Shown here piece by piece: positions 28,952 to 38,039 of a stretch of 64,000 bases of DNA. The stretch covers positions 416,001-480,000 of the forward strand of contig CAWCNY010000004.1 of NCBI GenBank assembly GCA_963797095.1, read 5' to 3'. Position 1 is the first letter of the stretch, and the number at the start of each line of letters is the position of its first letter. The notes under the pieces are model-generated. The model made no database searches. It worked only from the letters and a program-made list of their open reading frames with translations, and was not told the DNA's origin. The position numbers and the translations under genes were made by a program. Source of the DNA: an uncultured Chloroflexia bacterium. Lineage in GTDB: Bacteria; Chloroflexota; Chloroflexia; QHBQ01; JADMIH01.

Positions 28952-29491
28952 TTGCTCTTGACCGTGGACAAGCTTCGCATCTACACCATTGGCCACAGCA
29001 ACGCCTCCGCAGGCGCCTTCATTGCCTTGTTGCTAAACAACGGCGTGGAGGCGCTTGTGGACGTGCGTAGCTCACCGTATAGCCACTACACGCCCCATTT
29101 CAATCGCGAGACCCTGGCGGGTATTATTGCGGAAGCCGGAGTAGGCTACCATTATGTGGGCGACTATCTGGGTGGGAGGCCCAAAGACCCCACGTGCTAT
29201 AAGCATGGCAAGGTGCCGACCGGCAAGGTGGACTACTTGAAAGTTGTCGATTACGCCGAAGTCGCCAAGCGTCCCTGGTTCCGGAAAGGCATAGAAAGGC
29301 TGCTGGCGATAGCAGGCGAGCGACATACCGCCATCATGTGCAGCGAGGAAGACCCCCATAGCTGTCATCGCTACCACCTTGTAACCCCGGTGCTTGAACT
29401 AGATGGTATAGAAGTTGTGCATATACGGCACAAGTCGCAGCAAGCCGATATCGATCCCACCCAACCCCAACAGGCAAGCATGTTCGAATGA
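28952..29491 (+). CDS. DUF488 family protein
   Basis: IYTIGHSN, LVDVRSSPYS, LGGRP, MCSEEDPHSCHR; start could be GTG at 28964. Confidence 0.88.
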   Translation: MLLTVDKLRIYTIGHSNASAGAFIALLLNNGVEALVDVRSSPYSHYTPHFNRETLAGIIAEAGVGYHYVGDYLGGRPKDPTCYKHGKVPTGKVDYLKVVDYAEVAKRPWFRKGIERLLAIAGERHTAIMCSEEDPHSCHRYHLVTPVLELDGIEVVHIRHKSQQADIDPTQPQQASMFE

Positions 29492-29928
29492 AACTTTATA
29501 CTATCGGTTTTACCAAGAAGTCTGCCGAACGCTTCTTTTCGTTATTGCGAGACAACGGCGTCCAACTCCTGGCCGATATACGTCTGCATCCAGGCGGCCA
29601 CCTGGCGAGCTTTGCCAAGCAGGACGACCTGCGCTATTTCCTGCGCGCCCTCGCAAACTGCGATTACATCCACCTTCCTCAGCTTGCACCCAGCGACGAA
29701 ATCCTCACCACATACCGCAAAGATAAGAAGTGGCCCCTCTACGTGCAAAGTTTTGAGGCGTTGATGGACGAGCGCGACATGCCGGGGAGCCTGGAAATGA
29801 GCCTCTTTCAGGAGGGCCATACCTGTCTCCTTTGCAGCGAACATACCCCCGACAAATGTCACCGCCGACTGGTAGCCGAGCGTATCGCATCGTACTGGCC
29901 CAACGTAGAAATAGTCCACCTGGTGTAG
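29488..29928 (+). CDS. DUF488 family protein (second subtype)
   Basis: LYTIGFTKKSAERFF, DIRL, LAPS, LCSEHTPDKCHRRLVAE; ATGA overlap with the upstream gene. Confidence 0.88.
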   Translation: MKLYTIGFTKKSAERFFSLLRDNGVQLLADIRLHPGGHLASFAKQDDLRYFLRALANCDYIHLPQLAPSDEILTTYRKDKKWPLYVQSFEALMDERDMPGSLEMSLFQEGHTCLLCSEHTPDKCHRRLVAERIASYWPNVEIVHLV

Positions 29929-29991
29929 CCGCACAACTATCCGCTAACGTCCATCGCAACAAGTGGCACGCAACCAAAATCACCGATTTGC

Positions 29992-30771
29992 ATGTACGCC
30001 CCTGTCACCATCACCGACCTGACCCGTATGCAAGCCGACCACATCTGCGTCGCGGGCTACCTGCGGGATGGCACATGCACCCGCCCTCTGTTCCCCTGGC
30101 ATAAACCCCTCACAGAAAGCTGGGTCTGGCTCAAAGGCCAGGTCGTGATCCGGCCCTTCGCCGAGGTAGAGTTGGACTTACAGGAGCACACGCCACACCC
30201 ACCTCACTCGGAAGATTACCTGGTCAGCCCGACCTACTATCACCTACTGCGCCACCCTGGCACGGATCGAAGGTTGGATCTTCTCCGCAAAATAGAGGAT
30301 CCAAGCGTCGCAAGCATCTTCGGCGCGAAGATCCATGTTGACAATGGCTGGTTCTTGCTTGCGAACACGGGCAGCCGCTCTCTCGGAACGGTCAAACCCG
30401 TCGAGGTCGAAAAGGTTAGCTATGCGCTCCGCAAGAACAGCAGGTGGGACTATCGGATCGCCTTCACGGACGCGTCAGGCGCGCTTTACAGGCTTGCCGT
30501 CACCGATCTGGCCTTCCGGTACTATTTCGATCACGCCCGACTGCATGAAAAGCAGGCGCCCACAAATATCGCCGACCGTATGACCGGTACTCTTCGCGAA
30601 AGTGAGGTGTACCTGCGTATCGGCCTCGCCAGAGGTTGGGATCGCTACCCCGACAGGTGCCATCTGCAAATCACCGGCGTGTACACATTCTCCGATTACC
30701 TGGACGGCAAATGCTTTGCCGATTTCGCCCTCATTAAGATACAATCGGCCAAAGAAGACATACCATTCTAA
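29992..30771 (+). CDS. Dual OB-fold domain-containing protein
   Basis: TRM...HICVAG...RP, HSED, SLG, LAVTDL, YLRIGLAR...CHLQITGV pattern recognised from memory; ends in EDIPF. Confidence 0.7.
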   Translation: MYAPVTITDLTRMQADHICVAGYLRDGTCTRPLFPWHKPLTESWVWLKGQVVIRPFAEVELDLQEHTPHPPHSEDYLVSPTYYHLLRHPGTDRRLDLLRKIEDPSVASIFGAKIHVDNGWFLLANTGSRSLGTVKPVEVEKVSYALRKNSRWDYRIAFTDASGALYRLAVTDLAFRYYFDHARLHEKQAPTNIADRMTGTLRESEVYLRIGLARGWDRYPDRCHLQITGVYTFSDYLDGKCFADFALIKIQSAKEDIPF

Positions 30772-31304
30772 CCGGCCATAGCCAGGGGAAGCACTTCCCT
30801 CAAATCCTGTATATCGTGACCGAAGCACCGGAACCCCGCACCCATCCGCTCGCACTGGCCCCGGTAAATATTGTACGGGTCATCGTCCACGAGTAGCGCG
30901 TCTCCGGCGTCAATGTGGTATCCGTCTCTCCGTGCCATAGTGAGCATCCGCTTCAGCATGTAGTCTTTGTCCGAATGCCACTCACCGACCAGGTAATCCA
31001 TAAGCGGCATAGCCCCAAACGCTTCCAGGATTCGCCGCACATTCCCTTCGTGATTATAGCTGATAACACCCGTCAGCACGCCGCGATCCTTCAGCGTCCG
31101 CAACACATCGGGAACTTCGGGGCGCAAAGTGAAAAGCGCCCCATCGTCTCGGCGGACGAGGAGCGCATCTTCATTATTCGCTACAGGTTCATAGGTGAAA
31201 TCGGGCCAACCCGCCGCATCGGTCGGCGTGCGGTCGGAGAGATTGAGGCCGCTGGTGAGCATCCAGAGCGTCTCATCGCCATCAAACGCAACCAATCTAT
31301 ACAT
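30768..31304 (-). CDS. HAD-superfamily phosphatase (MDP-1-like, subfamily IIIC)
   Basis: FDGDETLW motif I, ISYN motif II, K, LVDD motif IV. Confidence 0.8.
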   Translation of the reverse strand: MYRLVAFDGDETLWMLTSGLNLSDRTPTDAAGWPDFTYEPVANNEDALLVRRDDGALFTLRPEVPDVLRTLKDRGVLTGVISYNHEGNVRRILEAFGAMPLMDYLVGEWHSDKDYMLKRMLTMARRDGYHIDAGDALLVDDDPYNIYRGQCERMGAGFRCFGHDIQDLREVLPLAMAG

Positions 31305-31369
31305 AAATGTCAGGCAAGAGCATTTACGCTTTAGTATCTTTATTGCAGCCCATCACGGCCCGGTATAGC

Positions 31370-31669
31370 TTACCGGTAGCGGAACGTAATACGACCCTTG
31401 CTCAAATCGTAAGGGGAAAGCTCAACGAGCACGCGGTCGCCCGGCACGATCCTGATATAGTTCGTGCGCATTTTGCCCGAAATATGCCCCAGCACCTTGA
31501 TCCCGTTCTCAAGCTCTATATTGAAAAGGGCATTGGGCAGTGCATCAAGTACGGTGCCGTCCATTGTAATAACATCGTCGCGTGTGCGTCGCGGCCCTAC
31601 AGGGGCAGTCGCGTTCGCCGGGTTTCTGTTAGTCTGTTGTTTCTTAGGATAATATGTCTTCTTCTTCAT
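31370..31669 (-). CDS. infA: Translation initiation factor IF-1 with basic N-terminal extension
   Basis: [18 protein letters not shown]...[39 protein letters not shown]. Confidence 0.95.
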   Translation of the reverse strand: MKKKTYYPKKQQTNRNPANATAPVGPRRTRDDVITMDGTVLDALPNALFNIELENGIKVLGHISGKMRTNYIRIVPGDRVLVELSPYDLSKGRITFRYR

Positions 31670-31705
31670 GCGGTACGCATTTACCTCCAAAATAGGTGCA
31701 TCAAC

Positions 31706-31740
31706 AAAAAAGCCGAGTAGCAGTCTTGCGCTAACCCGGC
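31706..31740 (-). terminator. Intrinsic terminator inside the infA 5-prime leader
   Basis: Minus strand GCCGGGTTAGC-GCAAGACT-GCTACTCGGC followed by T6. Confidence 0.7.
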
Positions 31741-31884
31741 CCTGTGTTCTGTACCCATGCAAAACGCCCCCTAATTGGGCGGTTGCTTCGATACTCTCTT
31801 GAGATAGCAGGCGGAACGCATTGGCATCCTTTCCTCTAGCTCTTGACGCACAGGGCGGATTCGTATTGCTACACGTAAATTATA
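31706..31884 (-). promoter_or_regulatory. Structured attenuator/riboswitch-like leader of infA
   Basis: TATAAT at 31884-31879; GCCCTGTG/CACAGGGC outer stem (31856-31849 with 31746-31739) abutting the terminator. Confidence 0.55.
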
Positions 31885-32040
31885 CACCCTACACGCACGA
31901 ATTACAATACGACTTGCGTCGTATATCTGAGCCGCACGCACACAACGAACGCCTTATAAGGGCAGCCACGCGGCGTAGCCCTACTACAACTACCCATCTG
32001 GTGTATATTATCCAGAGTAATCACCAGGGAGGTATCAATT

Positions 32041-32766
32041 TTGTCCGATAAGAACATCGCCTCAGGGCTAGAGGCGTTTGCCGATGTACAACGTGCCGTA
32101 GTAGTATGCGCGCATGCTGATGATATGGAAACCATCATGGGCGGCCTGGCATGGCTTCTGGCACAACGGGGCGTGGTACTTCACGAGCTAATATGCACAC
32201 TCGGCGATCTGGGCACACACGACCCGCAATACACCCGCGAAACACTCGCCCAGGCCCGCCGTGAAGAGGCTCAGCGTGCCGGCGCTCTCCTCGGCTTCAG
32301 CGAAGTGGTCACCCTTGACAACCACGATGGCGACCTTGAGCCTTCACTGGGGCTTCGTGCCACTATCGCCCACTATTACCGCCTATGGCAATCGGACACC
32401 CTCTTCACATTCGACCCGTCGTGGGGAGGCCAGATACACGCCGACCATCGCTCCGCAGGCAGGGCCGCCGTCGATGCCCTCATGCCCTCGCGCATGGAGC
32501 TATACCACCCGGAAGACCTCCAGAACGGCCTGCAAGTAGGAAAAGTAAGCAGGGTATTCCTCTTCAGCCCACCGGTCGCCGATATCTATGTAGACATTAC
32601 CGGCATATACGACAAGAAGATCGAGGCTGCCAGGGCACATGTGAGCCAGTTCCCCGGTGGCGAGGAAAACCTCCAGTGGATGCGTAACCTCGATGGCGAA
32701 GCCGCCCGGCAAGCCGGGGCCGAAGGCAGACTTTATGAGCGATTTGCTCAATTGAGACTCTGGTAG
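32041..32766 (+). CDS. PIG-L family deacetylase
   Basis: AHADD, RREE, HADH, KKIEAARAHVSQ. Confidence 0.9.
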   Translation: MSDKNIASGLEAFADVQRAVVVCAHADDMETIMGGLAWLLAQRGVVLHELICTLGDLGTHDPQYTRETLAQARREEAQRAGALLGFSEVVTLDNHDGDLEPSLGLRATIAHYYRLWQSDTLFTFDPSWGGQIHADHRSAGRAAVDALMPSRMELYHPEDLQNGLQVGKVSRVFLFSPPVADIYVDITGIYDKKIEAARAHVSQFPGGEENLQWMRNLDGEAARQAGAEGRLYERFAQLRLW

Positions 32767-32772
32767 CGGCTC

Positions 32773-33669
32773 GTGTCCGACGAACGTCGCGGCCTGCTCT
32801 ATGTGGGGCTGGCGGTTGTTGCCTTCTCAACCAGCCCTGTCTTCATCGTGTGGGCAGACCCAATGCCTGCCCTCCTAAAGACCTGGGGCAGACTCTTCGT
32901 CGCCGCACTTGTTGTCATAGCCGCTTCCTGGATAATGTCGCGATGGGGCGCAAGCCAGGTGCCGCCACCCGATGCACAGAAGCAATCAGGCAGGTGGAAA
33001 AGCACTGCACGCTTTGCCTTCTATGGCCTGGTGGCCGCTCTCCACTTCTATTGCTATGTTGCGGCGCTCGACTACACGACGGCAGCACATGCGCTTGCCC
33101 TGGTGTACACCGCGCCTATCTTTGTGACCATCTTCTCCTCGCTCTTTCTGCATGAGCCTATCAAGGCCAGCCGCTGGTTTGGAGTGATCATAGCGGTGGT
33201 GGGTGTCGCTATTCTTGCCGGCCTCGAACCCCGGATGTCTCCCACAATGGCTCTCGGCGATCTCCTGGCGGTTGGCTCTGCCCTCACGTTCAGTATCTAC
33301 ACTATCGCCGGGCGCTTTGAGCGCGAGCGCTACCCGTTATTGGCCTACACCTCCCGCGTCTATGCTTCCGCCGCGCTCTGGCTGCTACCTCTCGCAATAC
33401 TGGCGGTGCCGGCTGCCCCACCCGGTTCCTGGGGCCTGGCTCAGATCGCTTCGGTTATCGCCCTCGGCGTCATCCCCCTCTCGTTAGGGCATACCTTTTA
33501 CACTGCAGCCCTGCGCCGCCTGCACGCGACGTTGGTAAATATCATTGCTTCACAGGAGGTCACAGGGGGCATACTACTGTCACTGCTATTCCTGAACCAG
33601 ATACCATCCTTAAATTCTCTGGTGGGTGCGCTCGTGACGCTGGTGGGCATAGGCCTTGTGCTCAGATGA
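32773..33669 (+). CDS. DMT/EamA family transporter
   Basis: About ten TM helices in two repeats, YTAPIFV, GDLLA. Confidence 0.9.
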   Translation: MSDERRGLLYVGLAVVAFSTSPVFIVWADPMPALLKTWGRLFVAALVVIAASWIMSRWGASQVPPPDAQKQSGRWKSTARFAFYGLVAALHFYCYVAALDYTTAAHALALVYTAPIFVTIFSSLFLHEPIKASRWFGVIIAVVGVAILAGLEPRMSPTMALGDLLAVGSALTFSIYTIAGRFERERYPLLAYTSRVYASAALWLLPLAILAVPAAPPGSWGLAQIASVIALGVIPLSLGHTFYTAALRRLHATLVNIIASQEVTGGILLSLLFLNQIPSLNSLVGALVTLVGIGLVLR

Positions 33670-33807
33670 CTTGCGGCATTTGACAGTCGAAAAGTGTGCG
33701 CGCTGGCACGCTTCCTGCTATAATGGGAGCATCTTGGCAAACGTTGGGCGCATATTTATGCACGCATAGGGCTATCCTTTCGTGTATGTTTGTGATGTAC
33801 AATCTTT

Positions 33808-34665
33808 ATGAGCAAAATCCTTATCGTAGATGATGAGCCTGCCTTGATAGATGTGCTCGAAGAGCACCTACAGAGTGAAGGCTATGATACCGTCCACGCC
33901 TACTCGGGCGAGGAGGCTTTATCCATGCTCTCCAAATTGGTCCCCGATCTTGTGATCCTGGACCTTATGCTCCCCGGCATGGACGGCTACGAAGTGTGCA
34001 GACTGATGCAGGCTGATGTCCGGCTCAATCACATCCCGGTGATCATGCTCACGGCCCGCGATGCCATTCCATATAAGGTGCTTGGCTACGAGCGTGGGGC
34101 CGACGATTACATCGTTAAGCCTTTCCAGCCCGACGAGTTGAGCGTACGCGTACGCGCTCAGTTGCACCACCTCTATCACGATTCCATCTCCGAGCTGACA
34201 GGGTTGCCGGGTCCTGAGGCAGTCGAGAACAGGATCAGCGCAACCCTCGCAGATAGCAGTGGCGAATGGACCATAATCTACGTTGATATCGCCAATTTTA
34301 CCGCATACAACGAAAGCTATTCCTATGTGGAAGGCGATGAGATGATCGATGTGGCCGCACGCTCGCTTGGGCGCGCTATTCAGGAGGCGAGCGACCCTTC
34401 CCGCAACGGGGCAGAAGAATCAAGCATGCAAACCGATTTTGTGGGGCATACCGGCGGCGACAAGTTCACGCTCATTGTTCGCTCCAATCACGTCGAAAAG
34501 ATCATGGAGATCGCGCAACGCCTCTTCGCTGAAACCACAGCCGACTTCTACACTCCATCCGACCGCCAGCAAGGTTACTTGATAGTCATAAACCGGCAGG
34601 GTATTGTCACCCAGGCCAAGCTTTGCACGCTCCGCTTCGACATAGTGGGCGGCGACGACCAGTAG
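33808..34665 (+). CDS. Response regulator with degenerate GGDEF-like domain
   Basis: ILIVDD, DLMLP, KPF receiver motifs; LTGLP...YNESY...GD...GHTGGDKF. Confidence 0.85.
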   Translation: MSKILIVDDEPALIDVLEEHLQSEGYDTVHAYSGEEALSMLSKLVPDLVILDLMLPGMDGYEVCRLMQADVRLNHIPVIMLTARDAIPYKVLGYERGADDYIVKPFQPDELSVRVRAQLHHLYHDSISELTGLPGPEAVENRISATLADSSGEWTIIYVDIANFTAYNESYSYVEGDEMIDVAARSLGRAIQEASDPSRNGAEESSMQTDFVGHTGGDKFTLIVRSNHVEKIMEIAQRLFAETTADFYTPSDRQQGYLIVINRQGIVTQAKLCTLRFDIVGGDDQ

Positions 34666-34768
34666 GCAGCGGATTCACGTTTCCAGGCAAATGCGATAGC
34701 TGTGCAAAAGCCCCTCTAGCCAGAACGCTCGTGCTATAATGAGCTAACCAAAAGCTCGGAGGGACGAA

Positions 34769-35350
34769 ATGAACACAGCCGACGGATCGCTCCCGCAAGA
34801 ACTGATTGATGCATTTGTGGGAGTATGTCATGGCGACTTTGAGCGTGTCAAAGCGATGCTTGCTGAGTACCCCCGCCTGGTCAACAGTGTGGCTACCTGG
34901 GGCGAGACTCCCATAGAGGCCGCTGCACAGACCTCCAACCGCGAGATCTGCGATCTCCTTCTAAGCAACGGCGCACCCCTCGAAATCTGTACCGCGGCGG
35001 CGCTCGGTATGAACGATAAAGTGCGGGAAATGCTCGATGCGGACCCCGCTCTCAAGAACGCACAGGGCGCGCACGGCATCCCGGTCATGTATTACCCGGC
35101 GATCACAGGCAATACCGAACTGGCAGAACTCCTCTTCAGCCGGGGCGCGAACCTGGACGCCGGAGCTGGTGGGAATACGGCCCTGCACGGCGCGGCCATG
35201 ACCGATCAAACACAAATGGCCGAATGGCTACTGGCTCACGGCGCGGACCCCATGCTCACCGACTACGAGGGAAAAACCGCTCTACAACGCGCCCAGGAAT
35301 ACGCCAGCCAGGGGGTCGTCAACGCCCTCGAAACTTATGCCGCTAAGTGA
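34769..35350 (+). CDS. Ankyrin-repeat protein
   Basis: GETPIEAAA, LLSNGA, TALHGAA, LLAHGAD, GKTAL. Confidence 0.9.
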   Translation: MNTADGSLPQELIDAFVGVCHGDFERVKAMLAEYPRLVNSVATWGETPIEAAAQTSNREICDLLLSNGAPLEICTAAALGMNDKVREMLDADPALKNAQGAHGIPVMYYPAITGNTELAELLFSRGANLDAGAGGNTALHGAAMTDQTQMAEWLLAHGADPMLTDYEGKTALQRAQEYASQGVVNALETYAAK

Positions 35351-35419
35351 CACAACAAACTACCTCGATGTTCCTGGTTCGCTTTGGCGGCGGATGTGGA
35401 AAACCCGGCAATTCGCGCC

Positions 35420-35448
35420 TTGACACACCTCGGCGCTACCAGTATACT
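35420..35448 (+). promoter_or_regulatory. Near-consensus sigma70 promoter with no downstream same-strand gene
   Basis: TTGACA (35420-35425), 17 bp, TATACT (35443-35448). Confidence 0.75.
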
Positions 35449-35453
35449 GCGGT

Positions 35454-35545
35454 TGTTCGGTGAGCAGACATTCGCAAGAGTAGAAGCTTTCGAACATTAG
35501 CAGAAACCCGGATGGTCGTTCGCGATTGTCTGGGTTTTCTGCTTA
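35454..35545 (+). ncRNA. Candidate small RNA (two hairpins)
   Basis: Follows the promoter; TGTTCG/CGAACA stem, then a ~20-bp stem with UUCG loop whose four G-U pairs form only on the + strand. Confidence 0.45.
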
Positions 35546-35553
35546 AGTGCTTC

Positions 35554-36258
35554 CTATTTCACCACCGGGGTCTCTATCGTCACCTCTTTGTTGTAGTCCT
35601 TGATACTGATTGTGCGCGCGATATCGGCAGGCTCATCTGACAGCACGGGCCCCTGCAATTGAACCTTGCGCAGCAGGAAATCGCTCGCGCCTATCCAGAC
35701 GGTAGTAGAAAGATCGCCGGTGGCCGTAACCTCGGCGCTCAACGATTTCAGCGCCTGCGTGGGCACGCTCCCCTTCAGGCGGTAAGTGTCAGTGCCGTCA
35801 ATCTTCTCGGTGCCATCGCTTGCCAACCCCTTGATGTTCCCCAGGATATCGGCCATCCCCTTCGATGGGTCGAAGAACTCGGCCATATTAAGCTCGCTCG
35901 GCATAGGTCCCCATCTGCCCGACGCCGGGTCGGTCCAGTACTGGCTCTGGCCGTCAACCAGCACGTTGATCTTCACAGGGATGCCGCTGTAGGTGGCGCT
36001 CACACTTCCCGAAAGCTTATCGGGCTTCAAGACATCACCATCCACCCCTGTAATGAATATGCCGGGCGGGGCCTTCTGTATCTTGCTCGTTTCCAGGGTG
36101 AAATGGAACGAATTGGCCGCGTTGATGGCGGGCACAGCCTTCCCGATAATCTGGTCCGGCGGCAGGTTGTCAGGTCCCCCGCAGGCCGCCAGTGCTGTAA
36201 CCACGCCAAGCGCCACCACCACGACCCCAACCCTTGCCTTCCACCTGTGCAGGCTCAT
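35554..36258 (-). CDS. LppX/LprAFG-family lipoprotein
   Basis: Lipobox LAAC, SFHF, FDPSKG, EKIDG, VWIG, DYNKEVTIETP. Confidence 0.8.
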   Translation of the reverse strand: MSLHRWKARVGVVVVALGVVTALAACGGPDNLPPDQIIGKAVPAINAANSFHFTLETSKIQKAPPGIFITGVDGDVLKPDKLSGSVSATYSGIPVKINVLVDGQSQYWTDPASGRWGPMPSELNMAEFFDPSKGMADILGNIKGLASDGTEKIDGTDTYRLKGSVPTQALKSLSAEVTATGDLSTTVWIGASDFLLRKVQLQGPVLSDEPADIARTISIKDYNKEVTIETPVVK

Positions 36259-36476
36259 ATTCCCTCCCTTGATCTGATCTCTCACTTCGACAACTTAATC
36301 ATATCACACGCTTTGTGGAAACACACCCTGCCGCTATTGCACCATGCTATATTTGATACCCCGGCAACGCCGGATACAACCAAACACAAAAATGACTGCT
36401 GAACAATGAGTAAGCAGCAAGAAGTGCTCCCTGCGTAGCAGCACGCAGCAAAGGCGCAAAACGAAGGTGGTACACA

Positions 36477-37562
36477 ATGTCTGAACCTATCGCTACACTG
36501 GAAGAGGCCCCCTCCACAGGCGAGTACCTCGATGAATATGAAATGCCCACGAACCGGCTTGGAAGCGGTACGCTCACCAAAACCAGGCCAAAACCAGCCT
36601 TCGGTATCGAGGACTGGGATATGGTTCCTGATGCCGATTGGCTCCTGCGCCTGACCGGGAGCCTTCGCACCGCCGAACTGGACGATGACGACCCCCAGAC
36701 ATCGCTGGACCACCGCTCCCGGTTTACCTCCGCATCCCCACGGGCAAGATCGGGCATGTTCTCTCATACGTCCGCTGTCAGGATCGTACCGACCAGGGGC
36801 GCGCGCTTCACAACGGGCCTCAGACGCACTTTCCTGATGGTACTGCTGGCGGTTCTCGGCACCGGCCTGCTGGCTGGAGCAGGCTATTTGCTTGCCGAAA
36901 CCTCCTGGCTCTCCAATCTCTTCTCGCCCGCACCCACTGTAGTGACCCCGCCAGCTCAGACGCCTGGCGATTCGCAGCCGCAGCAGGAAGTTGTGCAGCC
37001 TCAAGCACCCTTACCTGAGATCAGGGACTCGCGCCCGCCGATCACACAGCCCGCCGGGAGCGCCCAAACACAGGAAACCGGCCCCGCCGTTCCAGCCGAC
37101 ATTGAAGAGTCCGCGCTGGCGGGTACGGATGCGCTGGTGCTTCGAGAGCGAGGCATGGAGGCTTACAAGGCCGGAGACTACGAAGGGGCTGTCACACTGC
37201 TTGAACAATCGGTCGTCCTCAACAAGGACGATCCAATGGCGCAATACCAACTCGGCATGGCCTACATGTCAATCACAGGGCGCGATCACGCCATGGATGA
37301 CGCGGAACTGGCTTTCCGCACGGCTACCTCCCTCCAGCCCGACTGGGCAGCGGCTTACCAGATGCTGGCCGAGACCTTCTTGAGGCGCGGCTTCTACAAT
37401 GAAGCTATCTCGCCGGCCGAGCAGGCTACCAATCTCGACCCAACTATGGCCGAAGCGTGGCTCACCCTCGGCAGGGCCTACACCGGGGCAGGAATGGAAA
37501 GCGAAGCTACCCAGGCTTACGCCGAAGCTGCTCGCTATGCCCCAGACCCAACCCAACCCTGA
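36477..37562 (+). CDS. Membrane-anchored TPR protein
   Basis: Single TM helix, Pro/Gln linker, TPR motifs such as AEAWLTLGRAY. Confidence 0.85.
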   Translation: MSEPIATLEEAPSTGEYLDEYEMPTNRLGSGTLTKTRPKPAFGIEDWDMVPDADWLLRLTGSLRTAELDDDDPQTSLDHRSRFTSASPRARSGMFSHTSAVRIVPTRGARFTTGLRRTFLMVLLAVLGTGLLAGAGYLLAETSWLSNLFSPAPTVVTPPAQTPGDSQPQQEVVQPQAPLPEIRDSRPPITQPAGSAQTQETGPAVPADIEESALAGTDALVLRERGMEAYKAGDYEGAVTLLEQSVVLNKDDPMAQYQLGMAYMSITGRDHAMDDAELAFRTATSLQPDWAAAYQMLAETFLRRGFYNEAISPAEQATNLDPTMAEAWLTLGRAYTGAGMESEATQAYAEAARYAPDPTQP

Positions 37563-37658
37563 GCCGGTCAGATATCTATTCCCAACTTATGGTATAATAT
37601 CGGGCTTTTGATCTGGCCATATAGTGGCCTTCACATCTTCTTAAGCCTGATACACCAT

Positions 37659-38039
37659 ATGATTGGTCCCGTCGTCAAGAATCTAAGGTTGGATCGCGGC
37701 CTCAGCCAGGAGGGGTTGGCAAACCTTGCCAACGTTAGCAGCGGCTACCTATCCAAGCTCGAACGCGGCCTCTATAAAGAGCCATCTTACGAAGTATTGA
37801 GCCGCATAGCAGGCGCGCTCCAGGTCCCTACTGCTCAACTCTACCAGGAGGCAGGCATGGAGCACCTCCTGGCCGAGGCCGACCCCAGTTTCGAGCCTGT
37901 GGTGCAGGAGTTCGCGCCGACGCTGGCCGGGCTACCCAAGCGCGACCGCGCAATTATCCTTACCGAGATCCGCCGAGTCTTCCTGGAAGAAGGAGAGGCG
38001 GGTAAAAAGAACGCCTCACCGGGGAACGCCACCAAATGA
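37659..38039 (+). CDS. XRE-family HTH transcriptional regulator
   Basis: LRLDRGLSQEGLA...YLSKLERG...PS; TG-N-TATAAT at 37590-37598. Confidence 0.9.
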   Translation: MIGPVVKNLRLDRGLSQEGLANLANVSSGYLSKLERGLYKEPSYEVLSRIAGALQVPTAQLYQEAGMEHLLAEADPSFEPVVQEFAPTLAGLPKRDRAIILTEIRRVFLEEGEAGKKNASPGNATK

